A stretch of DNA of 64,000 nucleotides from a virus: the IMG/VR virus record IMGVR_UViG_3300001866_000011. One strand, written 5' to 3'. Made by a program: the position numbers and the translations under genes. Shown in pieces: positions 32,610 through 45,104 of this stretch; positions within the stretch are counted from its first letter, which is position 1, and each line of letters begins with the position of its first letter. Below the pieces are notes generated by a model. That model made no database searches. It had not been told where the DNA came from and saw only the letters and a list, made by a program, of their open reading frames with translations.

Positions 32610-35065
32610 GATTGTGTTAAAGGAGATAATTATAACTTATTAATAAACTTTCTATATATAAAACCATAATAAAATATATTAAAGCGCATAATACATGATT
32701 ACTTAAAATAAAGAATAATACTTTATGTTTCCATATTTCAGGAACAAAAAATAAACATATACAAATTATAAAAAATAATACACATGACAAATATTCATAT
32801 ATTATTCGATTAATCATCTATAATCAAAGTTCGTTTTCACTATCTCTCATTTTCATATATTCTTCTAGTGTTATATGATATTTACATGTGTTGTCATCTT
32901 GATGCATTTGGCTACGATACGATTCTAAATCTGCAGGATGGAAATCATCATATGTATATTGATTTAGTTTACACCTATCTTCTACACCTTCACAATCACT
33001 GCAATTTACATAGAAACAACATGTGAAATATTCTCTAGGATTTTTATTGTTTAATGTCATATGGAAATCTCTTTATTTTTATCATTTGTTATTTTTATAA
33101 ATTCTTTTGGAGTTACACGATATATTTGTATATTTTTAGGTTGAATTAATTTATAGTTGGGTATATCATTTTCATCTAAAAATTCACTATCCAATTTACC
33201 AAAATAGCACTCAAACCATCTTTTATGTTCTTCATTTACTGATGTCATAATATCTTAATACTATTTCCTTACTTTCTCTATCTATAATTGTTTAATATAT
33301 TTTTCTTTTTATTTTCACAGCATTCTTTTTGTCGTTTTTCTTTTAATTCGTATTGCAATCTTTCTTCTTTTTCTTTATTACGCTGATTTATAATAGATTC
33401 TTTTACATTTTTAGAATTGAATATAGATTTTATCTCATCGATCCAAGGTCCATCTAGAATAATTTCATTCTTCATAATTACTTGAGGATAACAAAAATTA
33501 TCTTTCCAACTGTAAATGTATTATCTACTAAATAAATATCCACATATGTTGATTCTAGAGTATGATATGAGCATCGGTAATTTACTAGAAATTTTTTATT
33601 TATCAAAAACCATCCAACAGGAGGTCTTCCCATATAAGCATCATAATAAATTGTTATTAAATCATCAAATATATCAGAATGCTTATATCTACAATCATAA
33701 AATACCCATTGTAGTTGATCTGAAAATTTTACACATTCTTCATTTTTAGACGATTTGAAAAAATTAAATATACTCATGTCTTTACTTTCCCATTAATTCT
33801 CTTATCCAACTTGGTAGAAATTCATATATAATGCTATAGTTGCCGCCTTTGTTTTCAAAGTTTGATTTCATTTTATAAACAGCGTAAATTGCATATAAAA
33901 AAAATAATTGCAATTACTATAACTGCTAATACATATGGTTCCATGATTAAATTAACCATTAGATGTTCCATATCCATGTTATTCCAGTTAGTGCTACAAG
34001 CATAAGCGATAATATTACTAATATATACCATACGGCAGATGAAACTAAAACTGAAGTATGCGAATTAACAAACTCTGTATTATCTTGATTTTTATTATTT
34101 GTAAAAAATACTCTAAATACAACATAGATAAAGAGTATAATTGCTACTACTACGCTTGAAAGTGTCGTTTTTAGTAAAATTTCAAATATCATAATAATAT
34201 AACCTTATTTTAAGTAATCAACTAAAATTTTTATTAGTGTTTTTAATTCATCGTTAGACAATATTACACGTGATATTTCATTTGTATCATTGTAATGAAT
34301 ATCTAAAATTGTTTCATAATCGTTAACATTGGTAATATCAATTCCTATAAGATCTCCATTACCAAGTGAATAGTATGTCATTTATAATATCTTTTATTCC
34401 TTTTATTCTTCCTTTCTAATAATCTTCAGTATCTCATTTAAACATTGATGGTAGGCGATTTCTTTTTCTGCTTCCATATATCTACCAGATTTCATACAAT
34501 ATTGAAGATTAGATGTAATTAGATCCAGGTCTTCAAGGATTTGAAGTTCAAGCATGTCTAATGTAACTTGTGGTGATTCTGTTTCTTCAATATTATTGTC
34601 TTTAATAAATCCCTTAATATATTTATAAACTTCTACATCGGATGAATCATATTTAATTGGTTCAAACAGTTGCATAATATCAAGGAATTTCTTATCTGGC
34701 ATTGCTTTATAAATAGAATACAAAAGTTCCAGTATATCTTCAGTATCCACTTTAACATTAATTGTTGATTGATATGTTTCCATGAATAGTATATGCTTTT
34801 AGAAGATATAAAGATTGGGGAAGATGGGAGAGAAAGGGTTGTAGATCTATTATGGGAGATAGAGAAAATGTTTTATTTTGATTTATTTCCATCTAAAGCA
34901 TCTTTGCATAACTTCGTCTATTCGATCATATGTAGAATTGTCAAAACTACATTTAGTTCCTCTATTTTTCATTAGTTCTGTAGATGAATCCCAATATGAA
35001 CACCAACCATCATGAATAAATGGACACACATTATGATCACAATAATAATCTAAAATCATTCTTTC

Positions 35066-35803
35066 TTACTCTTCTTTCCAATTGATTAGTTCTAGATTTT
35101 CTTCATAGTCTTTTAGGTTTTGTTTAACATCGAAGTAATAATAAAGATCTTTGTTAAACCTACATTCTTCTTTTATTTGATCCTGGGTAATAACAGGGTT
35201 GATTTCCCATGTATTGTAAATGTTGCTATAATATTTTGGATCATCTTTCCATTGATTGTGAATATAGAATTGATCACTATCTTTAGGTGATGGTGTTCCA
35301 AATATAATTAATTTTTTGTTTGATGTAATTGTTTGTAGTGTTGCCTGATCAAATAGACTACGGACACCTAACCTTGAATTAGATTTACGAAGTGTATCAT
35401 AATCTTCAAACATAATAATATCAGCATCTTTAGGAAGAATAGTAATGTTGCTATTTGGAAGATTGATATGGGTATTATGATTACTTACAATCTTATCAGG
35501 TGTAACTACTTTAGAATCATCTTCAAATTTATTCTTTAGAATGTTGATCATTTGTTCACTAATATATTTAGATGACTGAACCCATGTAACATTAGTAAAT
35601 TGATAATAATATTCAGCAAGAATACTTTGAATTGTAGTTTTACCTGACTTGGTTCCAAGCATAATGTTATACCTGGATTGATCACCATTTACAATATCAA
35701 TAATGATTTGCCGCTGAATAGGAAATAATTTAAAACTGTTTTTAGATTCGTAATTTGTTATAAATGTTTCAATATCGTTGTTATTTTTATAATTATCTAT
35801 CAT
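35066..35803 (-). CDS. Stand-alone terminase large subunit-like ATPase domain (no nuclease domain)
   Basis: FKLFPIQ (Q motif), GTKSGKT (Walker A), IIMFEDY (Walker B), IIFGTP (motif III), TWEINP; only 245 aa. Confidence 0.7.
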   Translation of the reverse strand: MIDNYKNNNDIETFITNYESKNSFKLFPIQRQIIIDIVNGDQSRYNIMLGTKSGKTTIQSILAEYYYQFTNVTWVQSSKYISEQMINILKNKFEDDSKVVTPDKIVSNHNTHINLPNSNITILPKDADIIMFEDYDTLRKSNSRLGVRSLFDQATLQTITSNKKLIIFGTPSPKDSDQFYIHNQWKDDPKYYSNIYNTWEINPVITQDQIKEECRFNKDLYYYFDVKQNLKDYEENLELINWKEE

Positions 35804-36526
35804 GTATATCTCATATATTAGTGTTTATAGTATATAGAGTTTTTGGTAAAGAAGGGAATAAAATTAGTTGCAATTACAACTATTATAGGGTGGAAAATTT
35901 AGCATTTCTTATCTTTCAATACACCTCTAATTTACAGTTGTTTGGGAAGTTAGTTTCTTTGTCAATGTCTTTTATAAACATATCTATTTGTTGATCACAG
36001 CAATAAAATGTTACATTATCTTCTGGATCATGATATGGGCATTCAAGACATGAAGTAATTTCTATATCAACAATTCTAATCATTTTCAATTTAGTCTCGT
36101 TTCGATTTCATTTCACTGCATTCTAAATTATAAATTGTTTCATACTGTTCTTTTAATTTCATACGAATGTCATAAATATATCTATTTACTTCTGGAAGTT
36201 CATTAATATCATAAATCATACAACTAATTATCATACCAAGATCGTCTAATCTTTCTAATTCAATATTAATCATTTAAAAATCAATCATTATTTTCAATAT
36301 TTTCATATTTAGTTTTGAACACGCACCAAAAAGGAAATCCATCTTTGTTTATATCTTCATCGATTATGATTCTTGGGGATTTATCTGTAATTGGATCGAT
36401 ATGTTGAAAACAACATTTATGTATTTCATCACATTTAAAACATTTATTTTCATAGTAATATCTACAATCAGGACACTTCATTATAAATCCAGGTATCTCT
36501 TTATATGCAACACATTTCATTTTATC

Positions 36527-36895
36527 TTACCTCATTTTTATTATCTTTTTAATATCTTTTAACTCTACAATGATTTCTTTTAATAGATCGTGGATTGTTT
36601 CAGTATTATTAAATTGTGATTTCGTAACACCAGATGATTTGAATCCGGTTGATGCTTGTGTAAGTTGAGGATTGACTGGATAATTTAACTTATTCTTATC
36701 TATTTTATTTACTTCATTGTAGTAATTTTTGTAATGAGATCTTTGACATTTTCTACACCAACCCTGTAACCCATCTGATTTATATTTATTTTTATTAAAT
36801 TCAGAAATTGGTTTTGTTTTATTGCAGTTTGAACAATGTTTAGTTTTAATTTGAATTTTATAGATTTGTTTTGTTTGCAGTTTCATTTTAATCAC
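36527..36895 (-). CDS. Zinc-finger protein of the type found N-terminal to phage HNH/EndoVII nucleases
   Basis: KHCSNCNKTKPISEFNKNKYKSDGLQGWCRKC; no nuclease motif follows. Confidence 0.6.
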   Translation of the reverse strand: MIKMKLQTKQIYKIQIKTKHCSNCNKTKPISEFNKNKYKSDGLQGWCRKCQRSHYKNYYNEVNKIDKNKLNYPVNPQLTQASTGFKSSGVTKSQFNNTETIHDLLKEIIVELKDIKKIIKMR

Positions 36896-37548
36896 TTATT
36901 TCTCCCTATATTTTTGGGTAGATAGTGCTTACATTTCATACCGTGTTTAAATTCATCTGGTTTAAATTGATTGAATGGACAATAATGATATTCAATTGAT
37001 ATTTCATAACCACACCTATTATTGTCATTCTCATCAAGAAATCTACACGTTTCTATTTTATCAGGAGTATCAAAATTACAAATAATTACATCTTTATTAT
37101 CACTTATAAAATATGGACATCCATCTCTACAACAATAGGTAGTAATAATACAATCATGTGGTTCAAATTCTAAACTAACCATTTCAGGGCATCTAACATA
37201 ATGAGATTGACTTAATATTTTCATTTTTAATCACATTCCATTACACGTTTCATAATTGCATCTCTAATATATGGACACCATGATGGTGTATTTGCAATAT
37301 CTAAAAATATAGGTTCCATATATTTTATCACATCTTTACTAATATCTGGAGAATTACATTTAAAAGTTTTGATGGATTTAATAGAATGTTCTAAATATTT
37401 ACAATCTCCACATGACCAACCTTCATAATGAGTAGGTCCAGTGTTATCATCAGACATACATATAATATATGCTACTATAGATTATAATAGTTTCTGCAAA
37501 GAGAATAATGAAAAGTTTGAAATTTGAAAACAGGAGATCTTAAAAACT

Positions 37549-38046
37549 TTAACTTAATAGTAGTCTTAACCAGTCGATTAGTTGAATGACACCGTTTATA
37601 CCGAGGAAACTTGCTACCCCTCCAATTATGCTGTATACTGTGATTTTATATTCAAGTCCATTTAAACGATTGTCCTGGGTAATGTCGCAAGTTGTTTTAT
37701 CTAGTTCAAGCGCGTGAATTGTATCTTTTATTTTTGATATGAGATCTTTTATAGATGAAATTTCGTCTGATACACACTTATAGTTATCACGGAGTTCTTT
37801 AAAGTTATCTTCATTTGTTACACAATGTTGGCGCATATCGGTTTCAATTCTTAATAGATCAGCAGCAATACGTTTTTCAAGCGTAGTTAAAGATTCTTGT
37901 AATATATCAATTTCACGTAAATACAAATATATAAGATCTTTAGTAGTTATTTTTGATGTATTATTTAATGACGATTCATTGAAGTTTATATTATTTTTAT
38001 CAACGATATTTTTTTCATTATCACTCATATTAACCTCGCTATACAT
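37549..38046 (-). CDS. Coiled-coil protein with C-terminal membrane anchor
   Basis: Heptad-rich middle region; C-terminal ITVYSIIGGVASFLGINGVIQLI hydrophobic segment. Confidence 0.55.
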   Translation of the reverse strand: MYSEVNMSDNEKNIVDKNNINFNESSLNNTSKITTKDLIYLYLREIDILQESLTTLEKRIAADLLRIETDMRQHCVTNEDNFKELRDNYKCVSDEISSIKDLISKIKDTIHALELDKTTCDITQDNRLNGLEYKITVYSIIGGVASFLGINGVIQLIDWLRLLLS

Positions 38047-38357
38047 GCCGATTTATTATTATCAAGGTTAATAGAAGAAAGTTTATAACGATTGTTGTTT
38101 ATTTTTAATGTTTTTGGATTACAAGAAAAGTTGCTAGGTAATGACGAAATGACAGATTTACCTGCTTTATTTGTCTCAATAATATTACCGTTATTATCAA
38201 TAATAAAAACAAGATCATTATAAGCATCCATCGTTTCAAACAAAAGAGATTTCCATGAAAAGTCTTGTGTTTTTGTAGAATCATTATCTAATTCACTATC
38301 ATTTTCAAGATCTCTAAAATACTGATCGGTAATTTCACGAAGATAAGATATAGACAT
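38025..38357 (-). CDS. Compact PAS-like domain protein
   Basis: LLFETMDAYNDLVFIIDNNGNIIETNKAG matches the PAS N-terminal consensus (l.e...d.v.v.D.dG.i...N.a). Confidence 0.5.
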   Translation of the reverse strand: MSISYLREITDQYFRDLENDSELDNDSTKTQDFSWKSLLFETMDAYNDLVFIIDNNGNIIETNKAGKSVISSLPSNFSCNPKTLKINNNRYKLSSINLDNNKSACIARLI

Positions 38358-41198
38358 TATGAAAGAAGTAAAAGTAAAATACAGTATATAAAGATAGAGG
38401 GAAAAGAGAAGAATAAGATGGAGAAAAACTTAAGTTAATTATATATTATATCAGTAATATTTTCACAAATGTATAATTGATCATCTTCATCTAGGTTATC
38501 AATAATACATTTTATTTTATTAATAGCGTCTTTTCTTTGATATTGTAGATCTATAGTATCTATTATTATGTTTTTAATATCAATGTATAGTTGTTTACAA
38601 TTAATATTACATGTAGTTGAATTCAATATATAATTATAAACATTTTGTGTTATTTCATCGTAATTTAATTTCATTGTTATTCACCTATATCAATATCAGT
38701 ATATGGAATTTCTAGTTCATGCAATTCCTTAACTTGTTGGTATTGACTATTATAAACTTGAACACATAATCCACTAATATGATAACAATCTGGATATGGA
38801 TCTAATAATTCTTTCATTTGTTTAATTGTTAATGTCATAAATAATATTATAGAAATCCTTTGATTTGATTTATTGTTTGAATCATTGCTGTATATTCTGG
38901 ATATTGTGATGGAAGTATAATCATCTGGAATAATGTAAACACAAAAAATCCCATTACTATTGCTGCAACAAAGCCTCCCATTAATCCAAAGATCAAAACC
39001 CATTCAATAGAATTGTATTTGTAACTATTTTTATATTTGATATATCCTATAGCCATAAAAATAGCAAAGGTTAGAATTGTTGTAATTAATATACATTCTG
39101 TTTGTAACACTATGAATTGTTGATAATACAAATTCATTTGATATACTTGTGAGACTGTCATTCCGAGTTTATCAGCAATTAAATTAATTTCATTTTCTAA
39201 CATATTTAATACCTCATAAATAACACAAAAAATCTTTTACATTACGATCATTAAGTAATGCTTGCATTTCATCTTGATAGAAATGATCTGGACATTTTTC
39301 TGGTCGTTCTAATTCATCTGAATATTTTGCGTTTCTTTCATAGTTATGTAATTTACACTCTCCTCCAAATTCAGATGAAACATAAAATACACAGTCATTG
39401 TTCATTAATATGTCATTATAACACGGCCTTACTTCACGGATTTTTCTACTTGGAATTTTATAAACATTCATTTTAACCCTCTCTTAATTTTTTCATAATT
39501 CTTCGCCATTCCGGATCGTTTTTAAGTTTTTCTTCATGTTCAGCATATTTAATTCCATCGCGTTTTACAATTTGTTGTTTATTTTCGATTACATAAATGG
39601 TATTTTCATCAGTCTTCGTAAAATTACATTCCATAGAAGTATATTCTTCACAGCATCCACTCCAACTTAATTCTCCAATAAACTTACAGTGATCACAATA
39701 ATGCAATGAATGATAATCATCAATAACGGGACATTTTACAAATATTCCTCCTGCAATATTATGACAAACATCAACATTCATTTAAATCACCTTTTGTATT
39801 AATCATATTCTGGACATATATCACAATAATGTTTTACCAAACACATAAAACAGAAATCCTTACATGGCACAAGATCAGTTACATGTTTATACATATTATT
39901 TATTTCATCTATATGTAGATCTTTCATCTTACTCATTTTATTCATCTCTTATCATCGGCATTTGTTGTCACGAGGATCATCCATTAATTAATTTTAAACC
40001 AATTCCAACCGTTCTAGCAGTTATTTGTTTGCGTTGAAAACTTATACCGGTTTTCATAAATCCAATTGAACACAAATTCCTTACTATAGGTTCATCAATA
40101 GGATCTAGATCTAATCCATCTTTATATTTTAATAAAACCTTAAGATCTCGTTCTTCGTTATATTCCATATTTATCACTTTTTTATCTTCATTTTCGGAAG
40201 TGTCAGCATATCCTCTAAAATAACCAATCAAAAATCCAATAATAAGCATAACACTTACTAAAATATCAATTTCAAAACCAGAAATAATCATCGTAATCTC
40301 CTTATTCTTCTCTTATTACTGGAAGTTTTTCGAAATTGGCCCAATTGGTAGGCTTGTAATGGTCTACGATTTCTCGGTTGTTTTCTTCAGTGTTTAGTGG
40401 GTAGTTTTTATGTGCTAGGTAATATCGAATTACTTCCATGATTGTCCAGGCTTTATCTGCTGGTTTATCATGACCTACACCCCAATTTGATGAATAACCA
40501 CCATTATTATTTAGATTAGGAAACCATAACTCTTTTAATATATTTACAATGTTATGCCATATGTAATTGTTTGGAGTAGTTCCTTTTACACCACCATTCT
40601 TTTCACAGTCCCAAACAAGTGTGTTCCATATTTGTTCAAAATCTCCAGTTCTAATACGTGCATATAACTCAAGAGAATCCCTTATAATATATGCCTGTTC
40701 ATCAGTAAGTTCAATAATCATAAAGATATATTCCTAATTTATTTAAATAACCACTATTAACTTACTCTTCTGTTCTGTAGCCACCAATACATTTCATAAC
40801 AAATTGCAAATACACAATCTGCTATAAATGCAACAATTAAAATCATTAAAAATTCCATCATAATTTAATCACCTTCATTGAATGGAACAAAGAATTCACC
40901 ACGTTGCTGTGCTTGATAAACTCTACGTGCATCACACTCTTTATGTTTATCAGCATCGTCTACCATTTTGTTAAATGTTTCATTGTTTATTTCTCTGCCT
41001 GGATGCATTAATTCTAGCAATGATTTATCTTCTTTAATTTGTTCTAGTGTCTTTTCATAACTGCATTTCATATACTTTGTTTCTTTACCATCACCTTCAT
41101 AATGATCACAATAATCAGCACAATCAGCAACCCATACATAATGTCCAGTTGCATGACACATTACACAAGGTTGTATCATTAATTCTGTGATTTTCATT

Positions 41199-41498
41199 TT
41201 ATTCTTCAATTAATTCTTTAATTGGGATTGAATTTACATTTCTTTCATTCATAAGTTTTAACATTTTATTGTACATTATTTCTTCAGGTAATCCATGTTC
41301 TAGATAATATTTACCTTCTTCTGTAAGTTTTAGATGACTTGATTTGCTAATTTCTAATTTTACTAATCCTTTTTCTTCTAGTGATTTAGCATACTGAATA
41401 ATAGAAGATTCAGGTTTGTTTAATTGTTTAGATAAATATTCTATTATATTCATTCTAATAAATTTTAATTCTTCTCTCTGTTCATTGTATCTCTCCAA
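41199..41498 (-). CDS. Stand-alone winged-helix protein resembling the N-terminal domains of archaeal PheRS alpha subunit
   Basis: AKSLEEKGLVKL...LKLTEEGKYYLEHGLPEE matches PheS N-terminal LeekGlv...LTeEG..yle.GlPE; no catalytic domain. Confidence 0.7.
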   Translation of the reverse strand: MERYNEQREELKFIRMNIIEYLSKQLNKPESSIIQYAKSLEEKGLVKLEISKSSHLKLTEEGKYYLEHGLPEEIMYNKMLKLMNERNVNSIPIKELIEE

Positions 41499-41752
41499 TT
41501 GTATGATTCTAGTTTAGCATAGTAATCATTGAGTATTGAATCATTTAAACATAATTTTGATTTTCCTATACTACAGTATATGTCATTCAAAGATATAATA
41601 CTTTTGCATGGAAATGGTTTATCATTATATATTCTACAAATTGCAATTTTACCATCATATACAAGATATTTACAAGTTCCGTCTGGATTTCTAAATGATC
41701 TAGGAATATTAGTTTTACAACATTCACCACATCGTAAGCATTTTGGAGTCAT
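41465..41752 (-). CDS. YkgJ/UPF0153 family CxxCxxCC cysteine-cluster protein
   Basis: KCLRCGECC...CKYL...CRIYNDKPFPC. Confidence 0.7.
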   Translation of the reverse strand: MTPKCLRCGECCKTNIPRSFRNPDGTCKYLVYDGKIAICRIYNDKPFPCKSIISLNDIYCSIGKSKLCLNDSILNDYYAKLESYNWRDTMNREKN

Positions 41753-44700
41753 GATTTAAATTTTCCTGGGTAATGTAAAGATTGGATAATATTATTCATA
41801 TTTAAATAATATTGCATGTTCATTTATTTCCACACCTATAACTTGTTTCCATTTTTCATTAGTATCTATAACACATATGTTATGTTCTTCTGGTAAAGTT
41901 TCTAAAATTTTAATAAGTTGTTTAATTTTAATAAAAGCCATTTTAAACACATCCTTTATTCTCTTTATTAATCACCATCTGTTCCAACATAGCCATAACT
42001 TTTTGAATCTTGCCAATCTTCATCATTAAATTGTCTACCACATCTATTACATACATAATAATCTACTTCTTTAACATGACCTTTAAGCCAAGGTAACCCA
42101 TCACATGTATCAACAAGTTTAAGATCATATGAATTACAATCAGGACAATAGGGAGTAGAAGAGGGGATGAGAGTTTGAGTTGACTGATCATTGTTATGAC
42201 ATAGATAATATACAATAAAGATAATGATGATTGAAATGATTATAGGTAATATATATGATATTAGAGACATGTATCATCCTTTTTCATATAATTTATCATA
42301 TTCACATCTATTATACTTGTACAATCTGTGAATATCTTCATCATGACTACTTACTATTCTAGGAGGATCTCCATTCCAATTAAAAACTGCATATGATCTC
42401 TTTCCACAAATAGGACAGGAACCAGTATATCTCCACACATCATCATTACTCATAAATCTTCCTCTATTCTTTTCTTCTTAATGTTCATGAATTTTACGAA
42501 TTGACAATTGCAATGATGACAATACATTTCCAAGTTCTTTTTACCATTTTCATAATCATCCCACACTTCTTTAACTTCACCTTCACATTTACATAATGGA
42601 CATGAAATTAGATCTTTGTATTTTTCAGCATCAGATTTAGGTTTCTTATAATTATTATACTTTGGTTTAAACTTAAAGTTAGAAGAAAGGGATTTGGCGT
42701 TTTTATTTGAATTAATTTGATTTTGATTCTGTTTCATTATTATCAATGTCCATGTTATGTAAATCATTACAAAAATCTATTGTTGCCTGTGCCATTTTCT
42801 TTAAATTTTCTTCTGTAATTGGTTCATAGGATTTTGCTGTATATTCCATATATTCATCATGCCATTTAGAAAGATAGATTAGAGGATATAATATAATATA
42901 AAGAATATAATAAATAAATTTAAATGTATAATATATTATATCAATAAAAATATCTATAATTTTATATAAACAATAAAATATTTTATCTGCTATTCTAAAT
43001 GATAATCTTACTTTATTTCCATCCATCTATTTTTACTCTTAATACGATCTACTACTCTATCCACTATATTCATGTCTACTTTAACGTCTTTTGGTTTGTT
43101 AACAATTACAAAGTTAGATCGCTTACTATTTACACGTTCTCTTACACGATTACACTTCATAATAGGACACGTTTCAATATTACAATCCATAGAATAGATA
43201 TTACATTTTTTGTTTTTGTATGCAGTAATGATTTCGTTATAAGATCTTTTTGTCATGATTTAGATTCCTTTTTAAGTTGTTCATAAAGAGATTTCATAAA
43301 ATTTGATTTAGATATTAGATTGCTATTATGATATATCTTACAGTTTAAAGTATAATTTATATTCGGTTTAAAGTGTTCAAGTGCATCTAGAAACGTTTCT
43401 TTATCTTTAATTGGCAGTTCATCAAAAATAACAACTGAAATTTTATTTGTCATGGTTTAACTCTCAATAATTTATACACTAATCCTTAAATTTCTTTCTC
43501 TCAACTCTTCTAAATATTTTCTATTATCTCCACATTCTATTATTAAACTATCTGGTATAGTATATTTTATATAGTAATAATAGAATATTGTCATCCAATC
43601 AGTTTTAGAATTAGATTGAACACAAAATACATCAGTCATAATTTAAAAACTTTTATCTAGATTCATTATATGCATCTTCTGAATATAGTTCTTCTGCAAG
43701 TTGTTTTTGATGTGGTATCTCATTAATGAACTTTACAAATTTATCTAGATCCTCTGGAATAATCCTAATGTAATCAGAAGATTCTATATTTCCATTATTC
43801 AATTCATTGACTTTAATTTCTATAATATCATCATAGATACTTGCTTCATAATTTACATATTCATTTATACAAATACTAAAATTACTCATCTAAATTCTCC
43901 ATTGCTAATTTCTTTTTATTTGGGATATCACTTACAAATTCTATAAACTCATCAATATAATCAGATTCTACTGCAATTTGTTCAAATCCATTTGGGTTAT
44001 AAATAGTTATGACAAAAAGATCATCATAAATATCAACTCCAAAAATTATATCTTTATTTACATTAACCATATAGTTTTCACTAATTTTACTCATCTTCTT
44101 CTCCTTCGACGTTGATTATTGAATCTAGTGTTTCGTAGTAGTAACTATTCCTTCTTATTTTTGTTTCTTTGTTTTTGATCATTTCTTTTTCTTCAGGTGT
44201 TATTAGATTTGAATATCGAAGCATCTTATAAATTCCATCATCATTAATTCTCCATACTCTAATAGGAATTTGTTTAGTTTCACACTTTGATCTTACATAC
44301 TTACCTGTTTCTTCTATACAATCTGATAATAGCATTGATGAAATCTGACCTGCAGTAAGGATACCATTAACATCATTTGCTGAAAATTCTCTACTATTAG
44401 TTGCCATATATGCCTGATAAATTGTGTCAGATACATGTTGCTTTTTTGATGATCTAGGTCTTGCCATGATAATTACAATGTCATATTAAAATTTAAATGT
44501 TTATGATCTATAATTTTATTATTCTTAAAAACTAATCTTCTTATTTCTAATTACATGTTCTTTGTATACTTTAACTTCTTTACCTTCAATTTTGTAATCT
44601 GCTAATTTGTAGATAAGTTCATCTTCATCTTCTATATCTTCATCAAGAACAATTATAACGCCGTCAATTTTAGTAGTTATAATGTAAGTTAGTCTCATAA

Positions 44701-45104
44701 GAATCTCTCCTAATATTATAGGTTGTAATAATAGTTAAAGATTGTTATTTGTTTTGAGGTTTATACTTTGACATATCATTTATAATCATTTTATCATGAA
44801 TATTTGGATTATAATCTAACGTGCCTATATAGTCATCAACTTTTTTACCTTTTATAGTCTCATCATATTCCCACGAAACAATATTATTTTCTATTATTGC
44901 TTTATAGAAACTTACTCCAGTTTTTGTTTGATATACTTTATACCAAGATGATTGTTTACCTTGATTATGCCAAATAAAATTTATAAGATACCAATACTTA
45001 CCATTAATTTTCATTTTAATTTTACTCCTTTGATCTAGATATTATAGGTTGTAATAATAGTTAAATCTTTCTTTAATAGATCTACAACTTTAATTCTCTC
45101 CTTC

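Larger units (their letters stand above)
32617..44467 (-). other. Dense block of short orphan ORFs (accessory region)
   Basis: About 35 short minus-strand ORFs, several with CxxC motifs or single TM helices; includes tandem paralogs at 43653-43889 and 43882-44094. Confidence 0.8.
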
